Notes: generated by a model from the letters alone, not told the origin. A stretch of DNA of 64,000 nt from Nemertoderma westbladi (GCA_032718475.1 JAUCBJ010002701.1:1-64000), one strand, 5' to 3'. Shown: positions 49,403 through 63,520, numbered from the stretch's first letter. Numbers and translations: made by a program.

Positions 49403-50181
49403 ATGGAATATCTTTCTGGAATCGCCCGAGATTCAAAACATGACGATTATGAGCAACATTTCGCGAAACCGATTTCGAGCAATCCGGCCAATTCCTCCGG
49501 TAACTGGTTCGCTACATACGACGCGATACCACCAACTACAGATAACTGTATGTACGACATGTTCGATGTGGGAACAGCTGGCTATGAATGCTCCCCACTC
49601 TTCCTAATATCCTACCTCGCTTACAACTGCATCGCCGATCTCGAATACATCCAACTGTCGTTCGTTGCTATCCTCGTTCCTTTCGCTGCTCTCAGTAACA
49701 TCATCGTCCTTTGGATTATAGCTTCAGACAGGTCGATGTGGTCATCTACAATCGTGTTTCTTAGCAACATGGCCGTCTCAGACCTCATCAAGGCCACGCT
49801 TCATACGCCGTTAACCAGTTTCCAAACTGTCTACAAGATTTGGCCTTTCGGTATTTCCACTCTGTCGCACAATCTGTGTTTTTTCACCGTGTTTATCGGC
49901 ACTTGGAGCACCTGCGTTACTGCGCTAACCGTTCTAACCGCGGCACTCGAGCGGTTTGTCGCAGTCCAGTGGCCGTTTAAGCCGCATATGAGTGGTCGCA
50001 AGTGTGTCGTAGTGGTAGTAGCGACCTGGGTTATAGCGGTTGTCTCTGGTGGTGTGGCTGTAAGTGACACGGATTTGACAACGGATCCCTCAACGGAGTG
50101 CATAACAGTTTGTGGCTTCGCCTACCAAGTTAACCAAACACTAGATGATATTGAAGAACACATTGAAAGCAGACGAGCTCT
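49403..50181 (+). CDS. First coding exon of a rhodopsin-class (class A) GPCR, peptide-receptor-like, TM1-TM4 plus ECL2
   Basis: SN in TM1, NMAVSD in TM2, WPFG..LC in ECL1, ERFVAV (DRY-like) in TM3, conserved W in TM4 and an ECL2 Cys. The apparent stop lies inside a CT|GTGAGT donor at 50182, and TM5-7 were not found in the window. Confidence 0.88.
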
Positions 50182-50194
50182 GTGAGTACCGGTA

Positions 50195-50684
50195 TTAAAC
50201 ATAATTAATTAAACACAATTAATTAAACATAATTAATTAAACATAATTAATTAAACATAATTAATTAAACATAATTAATTAAATATAATTAATTAAACAT
50301 AATTAATTAAACATAATTAATTAAACATAATTAATTAAACATAATTAATTAAACATAATTAATTAAACATAATTAATTAAACATAATTAATTAAACATAA
50401 TTAATTAAACATAATTAATTAAACATAATTAATTAAACATAATTAATTAAACATAATTAATTAAACATAATTAGTTAAACATAATTAATTAAACATAATT
50501 AATTAAACATAATTAATTAAACATAATTAATTAAACATAATTAATTAAACATAATTAATTAAACATAATTAATTAAACATAATTAATTAAACATAATTAA
50601 TTAAACATAATTAATTAAACATAATTAATTAAACATAATTAATTAAACATAATTAATTAATCATAATTAATTAAACATAATTAA
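50195..50684. repeat. 14-bp AT-rich tandem repeat (ttaattaaacataa)n
   Basis: About 35 near-perfect copies. Confidence 0.97.
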
Positions 50685-50802
50685 TATACGTAACTTTGTT
50701 TAATTAAGTTTACTGGTTTAATTATTATTTTTCATGTTGATCTTCCATAATTACTGTTTACTGATACGATGAATCGATATAATAACCGCTCTATGTAGAT
50801 AT

Positions 50803-51475
50803 TACGGCGCCCCTAAGGGGACATTAAAAATAAAAAAAAATTCTAACACGAACTTCGTCTTACTAACACGAAGTTCGTGTTAGTAACACGAACTTCGTCT
50901 TACTAACACGAAGTTCGTGTTAGTAACACGAACTTCGTCTTACTAACACGAAGTTCGTGTTAGGTAGGAGGGAAATTCAAATTACAAGGGTGGTATATTG
51001 CAATCCAATCATGTAGGTAGTGGTAGTACTGTACTGTATAAGGACTGTCTTATAGTTCATTATCTTACAATACTGATAGTATTGGTAATTGTGGTACCGG
51101 TTTCCTTCTCAGTTTCTTTATTAATTTTATTAGGTTCCAATAGGTCGTAGGTCATTATTTTGTCGCAAATAATGGAACGCAACGAAGTCATCAAAACGTA
51201 CTTCGATTTATCATATACTTACAAGGAAATTAGTTTTGTGTTGGAGAAGGATCATAATATCCTTATAGGAGTTCGCCAAATTAAACGCGTTTTAATGCTA
51301 TGGGGCTTTCGCGTCGTGTATATGACGACTTAGACGATGTTTATTCATTTATTCAACATGAATTGAATGGGTCTGGAAGACTTTTGGGCTATCGTATGAT
51401 GCATGCAAAGTGTAGGCTACATGGTCTCAGGGTTCGCAAGGAAGACGTGCGAGTGATACTTAAGGATTTGGATGG
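50803..51475 (+). mobile_element. Truncated IS3EU-like DNA transposon: left end and transposase N-terminus
   Basis: Starts TACGGCGCCCC (TAYGG-type terminus), followed by subterminal palindromic repeats and a frameshifted ORF from 51172 (MERNEVIKTYF.. / ELNGSGRLLGYRMMH..GLRV..EDVRVILKDLD) that breaks off before the integrase core. Confidence 0.65.
50843..50963. repeat. Subterminal palindromic repeats (taacacgaacttcgtctta / ctaacacgaagttcgtgttag)
   Basis: Alternating ~20-bp near-palindromes, three 40-bp units. Confidence 0.85.
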
Positions 51476-51477
51476 AG

Positions 51478-51640
51478 GATGGTGGATCGGATACGGCCGC
51501 ATGGTGGATCGGATACGGCCGCATGGTGGATCGGATACGGCCGCATGGTGGATCGGATACGGCCGCATGGTGGATCGGATATGGCCGCAAGGTGGATCGG
51601 ATACGGCCGCATGGCGGATCGGATACGGCCGCATGGCGGA
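51478..51640. repeat. 22-bp tandem repeat (ggtggatcggatacggccgcat), about 7 copies
   Basis: Direct tandem copies at the point where the transposase is truncated. Confidence 0.93.
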
Positions 51641-51841
51641 CCTGAGCGACCAAACGCTTTTTAAACGTTTATCAAATTTTTTTGCTATAATTTGTACTAT
51701 AATAACTAAAATTAACAAAATAATTCCCTTTACGCACGAATATTATAAACCAAAGATAATATACAGTAGAATAATCCCGAGCGTTATTAGGTTCCACCCC
51801 TCATGTTCCTTAATAAGTTAATAGTTATCCCCAAGATGGAA

Positions 51842-51964
51842 ACCACGAAGACCGGCCCCATCGCTAAACCCGAGTGCCGCCATGGACAGCGTCCGCCCCT
51901 CGACACCACAAAGACCGGCCCCATCGCTAAACCCGAGTGCCGCCCTAGACAGCGTCCGCCCCTC
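51842..51964. repeat. 63-bp GC-rich tandem duplication
   Basis: accac.aagaccggccccatcgctaaacccgagtgccgcc occurs at 51842 and 51905. Confidence 0.9.
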
Positions 51965-53486
51965 AAGCAGAGCGAATTGGTAAACGATTATAAGTTACTT
52001 AAATCAAAAAATGGAATCATAAACTCAAATCGTTTGCAGTACTGGTTTAAAATATAAATAACTGTTTTATATACTTTTTAATATGCCTTTTGTGCACACT
52101 TGATAGGCCTTCAATAAATTGAGATAATGTTGGTAGCATCTGCTAAAATTTTACTACCATTTGAGCTACCTCTTGATAGATCTATCTGATTGGTAGCGTA
52201 AGGTGATTCATTACCTACCGCATTATAATATCGGGGACATCGATTCTAGAAGTGGACCGGTGGCCGTGATCTAATTCATGTAGATCACAAATCCAAATAG
52301 AAGAGCAAATGCATCTAACGATGTGGGTTGCGCCGGCGGTGAATATCCAAATTTTAAATTATCTTGCAAATATAAGCGCTATCATTTTACATCCTGAGTA
52401 GTAAAACACACCATTAGGAGCCAACTATTTATTTGTATTGGATGGGAGGGGGGGGGGGGGGGGGGGGTGGGAGGAAGGAAACAGCTTGTAGGGACGAGGA
52501 ACGGATATAAAACCAAGCAATTAACGGGGCGTGGAGAGGAGGAAATGGGATTGGGACCTGGGATTTAACTAAGTAAAGTTCAAGGAAGCGTAGCAAATTC
52601 ACTCAACTACATTGTAGTAGTAAACTAGGATTATATTGAAATCTTATTCTCAAAGAGAAACCATATGTTACCAGATTTAATCATGCGCGCTGAGCTACTT
52701 GGATAACAGAAAGTATTAATCATCGAGGATTCTCAAGGACTGCACAGCCTCTGTGTGGTTTGATCATCTCCCGTCCATAAAGCCTTACTTAAGGTTTCTT
52801 TAGAACGCCCATCCCGGACCAATTACCTCTTCGACCCCCGGCGAATATCCTCATCTTTCGTTGACATCCAATTGTAAATTTATTCATGAAAGATAAATGT
52901 TTGAAAGAAACTCGTTCTTGCCCCCCTTGTGGAAGTTAAATTAGAAGGTAGGGGGTAACTGCAAAGCTCCAGGAGAAATTAAAAGTTCAGTTTGATAGAA
53001 ACCCAATGAGTGCGGTGGGGTGCTAAGCCGTCATTAACCGTAGAACGTTACTTAGATAACTTACCATAAACCCTCACAAATACTTGTGGCAAAGTGCTCT
53101 ACAGTCATCTTTATTTCCACTTATTCGACCTCCGATTGTGTTAAGTTAGGTGGAACTATTTCATAGTAGATCTTCATTTTAAAAGACGATCATGTTCGTG
53201 CTATATATATATTTATTCGTTTCAAACTTTATAAATTACTAAGTCAATAAAGTTCCCCGACCATTTAATATGATTTGCAATGCCATAGTTATTTTTACCA
53301 ACCCAGACACACACTCGTTTCAGAAGCATGTCCTGTCCACTTACAGTTTAGCAGATCAGTTATCTATACAGATATATTAAGATATAATAGATACAATACT
53401 GTTCCTCTATATGACTATATGGTGGATAAGTCTGTCTACAGTCTGCGACGTGTCGATAAATCTGTTTAATACTAGCCCAATAATAT

Positions 53487-53675
53487 TGGGAAACTTTACA
53501 CACATCTTAACAAACACACTGGGAAACTTTACACACATCTTAACAAACGCACTGGGAAACTTTACACACATCTTAACAAACACACTGGAAACTTTACACA
53601 CATCTTAACAAACACACTGGAAACTTTACACACATCTCAACACACTGGGAAACTTTACACACATCTTAACAAGCA
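53487..53675. repeat. 32-33-bp tandem repeat, about 6 copies
   Basis: tgggaaactttacacacatcttaacaaacacac units. Confidence 0.92.
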
Positions 53676-54020
53676 CATTTGCTTATTTTTGAATTCATGT
53701 GCAGCGGTAAAGATCATGATACACACCAGGAGCGGCGTGCGGCATCGGCGGGCGGCCGCGGCGAGATATATTATGTAAATATAAATAGATAATAAATACA
53801 TTGATGAGTGACCCTTTCATCCTGGCATCTTTATCGCTTTAGCAAACCCAATTGATATAATTTACATTGGGTTTATATAGTCCAGTGAAACTAGGCAAAT
53901 TAAAGGATAACCCAAAACTAATTCGCGATTTATCCGAACTACTTTTTTATCCTACATAATTATTTTCTAATAATCCCAAAATGTTTATAGATGTTACCAT
54001 TAATTCCATGTTTTTCCCTA

Positions 54021-54292
54021 AAAGTAAAAGTAAAGTAAATGTTCTTTGGCCGCTAGGCCATTGATTACGCACAAAGTCTGACGACTTATTTCCAGTGCGG
54101 TCCCCCCAGAACTTTACTCCCCAGAGGAAACTCCAGTACTCATTTAGCTACCACTTAAGGATGCATGCAAGGCAGAGATGCGCCCTGGTCCCTTTAAAGC
54201 ATTCGTGCCGAAACGAAAACTGCCCTGACCCATGTGAGGATCGCACCCACGACCTAGGGGAGATGTGAATTCAATGCGACCACTACACCAAG
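54021..54292 (-). mobile_element. tRNA-derived SINE, copy 2 (diverged)
   Basis: Reverse-complement homology to 9552-9875 (ttttcgtttcggcacgaa, gtagctaaatgagtactggag, aaataagtcgtc) and a (tttac)n tail. Confidence 0.85.
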
Positions 54293-54383
54293 GTGGAACA
54301 AGGTACAAGCAACAAGGAATTTAGAACACAATAATTTTATTGAATGGGATAATCTTTTAGGCTCGTAAGGCCAAGGAACGCGT

Positions 54384-57300
54384 GTTCACCACCATGAGTG
54401 ATCTTCTACAGTAAAACCTTCCACTCTGTTTCCTAAAGGAATGCCTGTTCTCCACCATGGGTGATCTTCCGCAGTAAAACCCTTCCACTCTGTTTCCTAA
54501 AGGAATGCCTGTTCACCACCATGGGTGATCTTCCACAGTAAACCATTCCACTCTGTTTCCTAAAGGAATGCCTGTTCACCACCATGGGTGATCTTAACAG
54601 TTAACACTTCCACTCTGTTTCATAAAGGAATGCCTGTTCTCCACCATGGGTGATCTTCCGCAGTAAACCCTTCCACTCTGTTTCCTAAAGGAATGCCTGT
54701 TCACCACCAAGGGTGATCTTCCACAGTAAACCCTTCCACTCTGTTTCATAAAGGAATACCTGTTCACCACCATGAGTGATCTTCTACAGTAAACCCTTCC
54801 ACTCGGTTTCCTAAAGGAATGCCTGTTCACAACCATGGGTGATCTTAACAGTTAACACTTCCACTCTGTTTCATAAAGGAATGCCTGTTCTCCACCATGG
54901 GTGATCTTCCACAGTAAACCCTACCACTCTGTTTCCTAAAGGAATGCCTGTTCACCACCATGAGTGATCTTCTACAGTAAACCCTTCCACTCTGTTTCAT
55001 AAAGGAATACCTGTTCACCACCATGAGTGATCTTCTACAGTAAACCCTTCCACTCGGTTTCCTAAAGGAATGCCTGTTCACAACCATGGGTGATCTTCCA
55101 CAGTAAACCCTTCCATTCTGTTTCCTAAAGGAATGCCTGTTCAACACCATGGGTGATCTTAACAGTTAACACTTCCACTCTGTTTCATAAAGGAATGCCT
55201 GTTCTCCACCATGGGTGATCTTCCACAGTAAACCCTTCCACTCGGTTTCCTAAAGGAATGCCTGTTCACAACCATGGGCGATCTTCCACAGTAAACCCTT
55301 CCACTCTGTTTCATAAAGGAATACCTGTTCTCCGCCATGGGTGATCTTCCATAGTAAACCCTTCCACTCTGTTTCCTAAAGGAATGCTTATACACCACCA
55401 TGGGTGATCTTAACAGTAAACCCTTCCACTCTGTTTCCTAAAGGAATGCCTGTTCACCACCATGGTTGATATTCCACAGTAAACCCTTCCACTCTGTTTC
55501 CTAAAGGAATGCCTGTTCACCACCATGAGTGATCTTCTACAGTAAACCCTTCCACTCTGTTTCCCAAAGGAATGCCTGTTCACCACCATGAGTGATCTTC
55601 TACAGTAAACCCACGTCCACTCTGTTTCCCAAAGGAATGCCTGTTCACCACCATGGTTGATATTCCACAGTAAACCCTTCCACTCTGTTTCCTAAAGGAA
55701 TGCCTGTTCACCACCATGAGTGATCTTCTACAGTAAACCCTTCCACTCTGTTTCCCAAAGGAATGCCTGTTCACCACCATGAGTGATCTTCTACAGTAAA
55801 CCCACGTCCACTCTGTTTCCCAAAGGAATGCCTGTTCACCACCATGAGTGATCTTCTACAGTAAACCCTTCCACTCTGTTTCATAAAGGAATACCTGTTC
55901 ACCACCATGAGTGATCTTCCGCAGTAAACCCTTCCACTCTGTTTCCTAAAGGAATGCCTGTTCACCACCATGAGTGATCTTCTACAGTAAACCCTTCCAC
56001 TCTGTTTCATAAAGGAATACCTGTTCACCACCATGAGTGATCTTCCGCAGTAAACCCTTCCACTCTGTTTCATAAAGGAATGCCTGTTCTCCACCATGGG
56101 TGATCTTCCACAGTAAACCCTTCCACTCTGTTTCATAAAGGAATGCCTGTTCTCCACCATGGGTGATCTTCCACAGTAAACCCTACCACTCTGTTTCCTA
56201 AAGGAATGCCTGTTCACCACCATGAGTGATCTTCTACAGTAAACCCTTCCACTCTGTTTCATAAAGGAATACCTGTTCACCACCATGAGTGATCTTCTAC
56301 AGTAAACCCTTCCACTCGGTTTCCTAAAGGAATGCCTGTTCACAACCATGGGTGATCTTCCACAGTAAACCCTTCCATTCTGTTTCCTAAAGGAATGCCT
56401 GTTCACCACCATGGGTGATCTTAACAGTTAACACTTCCACTCTGTTTCATAAAGGAATGCCTGTTCTCCACCATGGGTGATCTTCCATAGTAAACCCTTC
56501 CATTCTGTTTCCTAAAGGAATGCCTGTTCACCACCATGGGTGATCTTAACAGTTAACACTTCCACTCTGTTTCATAAAGGAATGCCTGTTCTCCACCATG
56601 GGTGATCTTCCGCAGTAAACCCTTCCACTCTGTTTCCTAAAGGAATGCCTGTTCACGACCATGGGTGATCATCCACAGTAAACCCTTCCACTCTGTTTCA
56701 TAAAGGAATGCCTGTTCTCCACCATGGGTGATCTTTCACAGTAAACCCTTCCACTCTGTTTCATAAAGGAATGCCTGTTCTCCACCATGGGTGATCTTCC
56801 ACAGTAAACCCTTCCACTCGGTTTCCTAAAGGAATGCCTGTTCACAACCATGGGCGATCTTCCACAGTAAACCCTTCCACTCTGTTTCATAAAGGAATAC
56901 CTGTTCTCCGCCATGGGTGATCTTCCATAGTAAACCCTTCCACTCTGTTTCCTAAAGGAATGCTTATACACCACCATGGGTGATCTTAACAGTAAACCCT
57001 TCCACTCTGTTTCATAAAGGAATGCCTGTTCTCCACCATGGGTGATCTTACACAGTTATCCCTTCCATTATGTTTCATAAAAGAATGCCTGTTCACCACC
57101 ATGGGTGATCGTCCACAGTAAACCCTTCCACTCTGTTTCATAAAGGAATGCCTGTTCTCCACCATGGGTAATCTTCAACAGTAAACCCTTCCACTCTGTT
57201 TCCTAAAGGAATGCATGTTCACTACTATATGGTTGATCTTCAACAGTAAACCCTTCCACTCTGTTTCCTAAAGGAATGCCTGTTCTCCACCATGGGTGAT

Positions 57301-60046
57301 TTTCCATAGTAAACCCTTCCATTCTGTTTCCTAAAGGAATGCCTGTTCACCACCATGGGTGATCTTAACAGTTAACACTTCCACTCTGTTTCATAAAGGA
57401 ATGCCTGTTCTCCACCATGGGTGATCTTCCGCAGTAAACCCTTCCACTCTGTTTCCTAAAGGAATGCCTGTTCACCACCAAGGGTGATCTTCCACAGTAA
57501 ACCCTTCCACTCTGTTTCATAAAGGAATACCTGTTCACCACCATGAGTGATCTTCTACAGTAAACCCTTCCACTCGGTTTCCTAAAGGAATGCCTGTTCA
57601 CCACCATGGGTGATCTTAACAGTTAACACTTCCACTCTGTTTCATAAAGGAATGCCTGTTCTCCACCATGGGTGATCTTCCACAGTAAACCCTACCACTC
57701 TGTTTCCTAAAGGAATGCCTGTTCACCACCATGAGTGATCTTCTACAGTAAACCCTTCCACTCTGTTTCATAAAGGAATACCTGTTCACCACCATGAGTG
57801 ATCTTCCGCAGTAAACCCTTCCACTCTGTTTCATAAAGGAATGCCTGTTCTCCACCATGGGTGATCTTCCACAGTAAACCCTTCCACTCTGTTTCATAAA
57901 GGAATGCCTGTTCACAACCATGGGCGATCTTCCACAGTAAACCCTTCCACTCTGTTTCATAAAGGAATGCCTGTTCTCCACCATGGGTGATCTTCCACAG
58001 TAAACCCTACCACTCTGTTTCCTAAAGGAATGCCTGTTCACCACCATGAGTGATCTTCTACAGTAAACCCTTCCACTCTGTTTCATAAAGGAATACCTGT
58101 TCACCACCATGAGTGATCTTCTACAGTAAACCCTTCCACTCTGTTTCATAAAGGAATACCTGTTCACCACCATGAGTGATCTTCCACAGTAAACCACTCC
58201 ACTGTTTCCTAAAGGAATGCCTGTTCTCCACCATGGGTGATCTTCCACAGTAAACCCTTCCACTCTGTTTCATAAAGGAATGCCTGTTCTCCACCATGGG
58301 TGATCTTCCACAGTAAACCCTACCACTCTGTTTCCTAAAGGAATGCCTGTTCACCACCATGAGTGATCTTCTACAGTAAACCCTTCCACTCTGTTTCATA
58401 AAGGAATACCTGTTCACCACCATGAGTGATCTTCCACAGTAAACCACTCCACTGTTTCCTAAAGGAATGCCTGTTCTCCACCATGGGTGATCTTCCACAG
58501 TAAACCCTTCCACTCTGTTTCATAAAGGAATGCCTGTTCTCCACCATGGGTGATCTTCCACAGTAAACCCTACCACTCTGTTTCCTAAAGGAATGCCTGT
58601 TCACCACCATGAGTGATCTTCTACAGTAAACCCTTCCACTCTGTTTCATAAAGGAATACCTGTTCACCACCATGAGTGATCTTCTACAGTAAACCCTTCC
58701 ACTCGGTTTCCTAAAGGAATGCCTGTTCACAACCATGGGTGATCTTCCACAGTAAACCCTTCCATTCTGTTTCCTAAAGGAATGCCTGTTCACCACCATG
58801 GGTGATCTTAACAGTTAACACTTCCACTCTGTTTCATAAAGGAATGCCTGTTCTCCACCATGGGTGATCTTCCATAGTAAACCCTTCCATTCTGTTTCCT
58901 AAAGGAATGCCTGTTCACCACCATGGGTGATCTTAACAGTTAACACTTCCACTCTGTTTCATAAAGGAATGCCTGTTCTCCACCATGGGTGATCTTCCGC
59001 AGTAAACCCTTCCACTCTGTTTCCTAAAGGAATGCCTGTTCACGACCATGGGTGATCATCCACAGTAAACCCTTCCACTCTGTTTCATAAAGGAATGCCT
59101 GTTCTCCACCATGGGTGATCTTTCACAGTAAACCCTTCCACTCTGTTTCATAAAGGAATGCCTGTTCTCCACCATGGGTGATCTTCCACAGTAAACCCTT
59201 CCACTCGGTTTCCTAAAGGAATGCCTGTTCACAACCATGGGCGATCTTCCACAGTAAACCCTTCCACTCTGTTTCATAAAGGAATACCTGTTCTCCGCCA
59301 TGGGTGATCTTCCATAGTAAACCCTTCCACTCTGCTTCCTAAAGGAATGCTTATACACCACCATGGGTGATCTTAACAGTAAACCCTTCCACTCTGTTTC
59401 ATAAAGGAATGCCTGTTCTCCACCATGGGTGATCTTACACAGTTATCCCTTCCATTATGTTTCATTAAGGAATGCCTGTTCACCACCATGGGTGATCGTC
59501 CACAGTAAACCCTTCCACTCTGTTTCATAAAGGAATGCCTGTTCTCCACCATGGGTAATCTTCAACAGTAAACCCTTCCACTCTGTTTCCTAAAGGAATG
59601 CATGTTCACTACTATATGGTTGATCTTCAACAGTAAACCCTTCCACTCTGTTTCCTAAAGGAATGCATGTTCACTACTATATGGTTGATCTTCCACAGTA
59701 AACCCTTACACTCTGTTTCCTAAAGGAATGCCTGTTCACCACCATGGGTGATCTACCACAGTAAACCCTTCCACTCTGTTTCCTAAAGGTATGCCTGTTC
59801 ACCACCATTTTGATCTTCCACAGTAAACCCTTCCACTCTGTTTCCTAAAGGAATGCCTGTTCACCACCATGGCTGATCTTCAACAGTAAACCCGTCCACC
59901 CCGTTTCCTAAAGGAATGCCTGTTCACCACCATCGGTGATCTTCCACAGTAAACCCTTCCACTCTGTTTCCTATAAGAATGCCTGTTCACCACCATGGGT
60001 GATCTTCCACAGTAAACCCTTCCACTCTGTTTCCTATAAAAATGCC
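54384..60046. repeat. 63-bp satellite, about 90 copies, with higher-order duplications
   Basis: Unit ccacagtaaacccttccactctgtttcctaaaggaatgcctgttcaccaccatgggtgatctt; variant blocks recur. Confidence 0.97.
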
Positions 60047-60251
60047 AAATAATATGTAACGGCTATCATCATAAACTGTGTGATCGGCAGAAATGCTGGA
60101 GACCCACGGAATCATGTGTCTGTTGGGTCTGTGACTGCCCGGCAACAACCAAGGAACACTATTAATCCTGCACCAAAATCACACAATGCAACTCGGTCCT
60201 TCACTATGCCCTATTTTTAAATAGTTTTTATCGTGATACTCATAATTAGTA

Positions 60252-63200
60252 ATTATTATTATTTTTTTTTTTAAAACTGCGCCCCCACGCGGGGCAAATG
60301 GAGACCTTTATTTCGATTCATTCAAATATTTACATAAGATACTCAATAAAATAAAACAATTTATATTATACATTCATATAAAAAATCTGTTAACATTTTG
60401 CGTAACCTTAGGCCTTTATCTTTATTGTAGACTATTATTGTGCCGCTAGAGATGAAAGTTCAGGTGAGCTCGAGCATTCTAGAACATGGTAAAGGTCCTC
60501 GGCGCTGTTACCGCAATATTTGCACGTGCAAGTTTGCATTCTTTCATGAAACGGGGTTGTTGTGGAGCAAATTATATGGTGGAAACCATGCGCGGTTGTT
60601 CTTGTTATTATGTGGCGATTCCTTTGATTAGTGGATCTCCAGACGTTAGACTTGAAGGCTGGCCCCAATATATACCCTTGACCTGAGAAGTTATTATCCC
60701 TTTCCGTTCGAAAATTGCGGTAGAGTTCTAATGCGGCTGGGTTGATAATATTGGGATACTGCTCACATATATCTTCGGTGAGGGTTTTGCAGTTGGTAAG
60801 GTTGTGAGCCAGGGTAGACGATGCGTTTGTCGGAAGTGATAATAGGCGTTTTAGAAAGGTAGATTTAATTTTATCCAGTTCTTTAAGATTTGAGACTGTC
60901 AAATGTGGAGCTATTTCCGGGAAAGCGTAAGTTACGGCGGGGTATATTTTCATTTTGAAGATTTTTACACCAGTTTTGATAGAGACGAGGTTCAGATTTC
61001 TCAAGCAGCCTATTAGAGTGTAAGACCGTTGTTTTTTATTCTCAATGTGTTGGGTAAAGCACAATGTAGGTTGTAGAGTGACCCCTAGGTAGGTGTACCG
61101 GTTAGTTATTTCTATTGGGAGGCCCCCGTATTTGAACACATCAGCCTTAGCCAGTCTTCCACCACGCCGGAATTTGATAACTTTTGTTTTATCTAAATTT
61201 ACATGCATTTTATTTAGTTTACACCATTCATATAGTTGATCTAGCCCAGCTTGGATAGCTTCTTTTTCTGTAGAATAGAGAACAAGATCATCTGCGAAAA
61301 ATATAAATAGTAGTGCCGATCCTATACGTCGGAGTAAAGTCGAGAGATCCGCAATAAACATGATGAAACCAGTTGGTGAAAAACAGTCACCTTGTAGTAT
61401 TCCACGTAATTGGACTATTGGTGAAGAGTATTTAATACCATCATAGATTTTAACAGAGTTATTAAAGATTGCCCGAATAAGTTGAAATAACTTCCCTTTT
61501 ATTCCAAATTGTGTGTACATCTTATACAGCAATATATTTCTATCGACCAAGTCGAACGCCTTTCTGAAGTCAACAAAGACGGCATATACCGGTTTGGAGT
61601 TAGTATTATGCACAGTGACATTTACAAACTCTATGAATTTCTTAAGTGCCTGCCTCGTCGACCGCCCGGTAATGAACCCATATTGCTCTGTGGGTAACAT
61701 AGTCTTTATCTTGGATATAACACGTGCATTTATCATTGATGTAAATATCTTCAAAAGTACACATATCATGGCCACCCCCCTATAGTTTCCGGGGTCGATG
61801 TAGCTACCCTTGCCTTTATATAATATTTTTATAATGCTGGTCTTCCAAATCTGGGGAATGTAACTCACATTCAGACATGTGTTGAACAATAACACTAGGA
61901 TGGTGATCATGTAAGGTATCACTTGCTTGAAATGTTCATAGAACAGACCATCTGTGCCGCAAGCTTTCCCATTTGCTGTTCTGTTGATGGCGTTGTTCAC
62001 CTCTGTTTCACCGAATGGCTGATTATACCAATCGTCCGATTCGTTTTCACCTGGTACCGGTGTGAAAAATGGTTGATTTGGTGGTGATTCTGGTGATGTT
62101 TCGTTTTGGCCGATAAGAGTTTCAAAATGCTGTTCTAGAATTTTCAGATCTATTGGAGCTACAGTTGCGACCCTTGCATCTTTCCACAATGACCAAGGGG
62201 TTATCTCGGATTGGCGGAGTCTGTTTAGTAGAAGCTCTTCTTTATGTGCTAACATTTTAACTTTGATAAGACGCTTATATTCTTTCCGAAGAGACCAATA
62301 ACCTGTAACATTATTGGAGTAGACACGCTGTTCATGCAGGATTGACATGAGTTCACGTTTCCTCGACTTGCACTCGTCATCGTACCAGGGTTGATGATGA
62401 GAGCGGGATTTATGGTGCTTCTGTGAAGCTGCTGAGATTGTGTTGTTGATATTATCAACCGCTGTATCTATTTCACCTTCGAGCAGATAGGAAATGATAT
62501 CATTTTTTCGGAGTTCTTCTTCTAGGATATTAGTGTTTAACTTTCGTGATAGTTGAGGAGCTGGTTTATCAATATACTCGTTGTTAAAGGCTATAACAAT
62601 GTGTAAATCAACCCGTTGGTGTTTACGAATTGGGTGTAATCTAATAGTTACAGACGACGCACGCACCTCAATGCCTGAGGGGACGCGTGTGTAATAGAGA
62701 TCGATGGTGCTCGTTCCTTGTGGAGAATAGTAAGTACACTCTGAAGATTTGTTTTGCACCGTAAATCCCAGGATTTGCAGGTTGGTCCTGAGGTCAGTTC
62801 CGCGGGTTCCAGTTGCTCTGTCGTCGATTCGACAATTAAAATCACCTCCAAGTATAATCGGTACTTAAGGATTAGTGAAGGTAAGCGCCTCGCTGATAGA
62901 AAGCAGAATATCCTCTATACTTGTCTCAGGGTTAAAGTAAAAAGCTAGTATGTATGCAGCATTCGTTCTAAGAACTAAGTAATTGTCAGTTACGGCGATT
63001 TCTTTTGGAGAGAGTTCAGGTTTAGCAAGGATTACTAGTCCGCCCTGAGGTCGGCCCCTTCCTGAGTTCCGAGCAGGTTGCACGTAAGAGTAAAATCCAG
63101 GGAATGAAAACTCTTTTTTGCAATAGAATGTCTCAGTTAACAAAAGTAGGTCTGCCTCCCCAACTACTTCCCGATTACTTAGTGTTTCATGAACATAATT

Positions 63201-63520
63201 CAACCCTTCTACATTCCAAAGCGCGAGTTTTAGTGATCGCATCGGTGTTTGTTCGGAGTCTGAGGTACATTGCACATCGGAAACTTCGGTAAGGGGGGAT
63301 GAACCCGTAGCTTCTACATTCCATAAGCCGATAGGGAGTTGCCGTCAATCATTTTGCTCGACTGCGGCAGATTGTTGAACATTGCGTGAGGGTCGACTTC
63401 TGTAGCCAAATTGGGCGCGTTCCAGATTGCTGAGATGGTAGTTCTTTATTAGTATCCCATCATCCCATATCTCAGGATTCATTAAAGCGGTGCGGTGCTC
63501 CTGACTGCAGATTAAATGAA
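60252..63520 (-). mobile_element. RTE-X-like LINE, nearly intact
   Basis: APE + RT + C-terminal zinc finger. The 3' UTR has AATAAA (60307-60312), a gcccc/ggggc stem-loop and a polyA/(TAA)n tail. The clade call rests on KGKG..DPGNYRG and the terminal CxxC..ED..H...C motif and is tentative. Confidence 0.85.
60435..63275 (-). pseudogene. LINE ORF2 (APE-RT-CCHC) broken by one in-frame stop at 62865-62867
   Basis: The 62865-63275 and 60435-62759 ORFs share a frame. Reading through the TAA gives VPIILGGDFNCRI (APE motif); RT motifs are VDFRKAFD, GILQGDCFSP, FADD and YTYLG. Confidence 0.9.

Noticed and set aside
54594-59364. Many repeat-protein ORFs (MVVNRHSFRKQSGRVYCGRSP)n
   Set aside because: By-product of a 63-bp satellite, with frequent stops and frameshifts and no gene structure.
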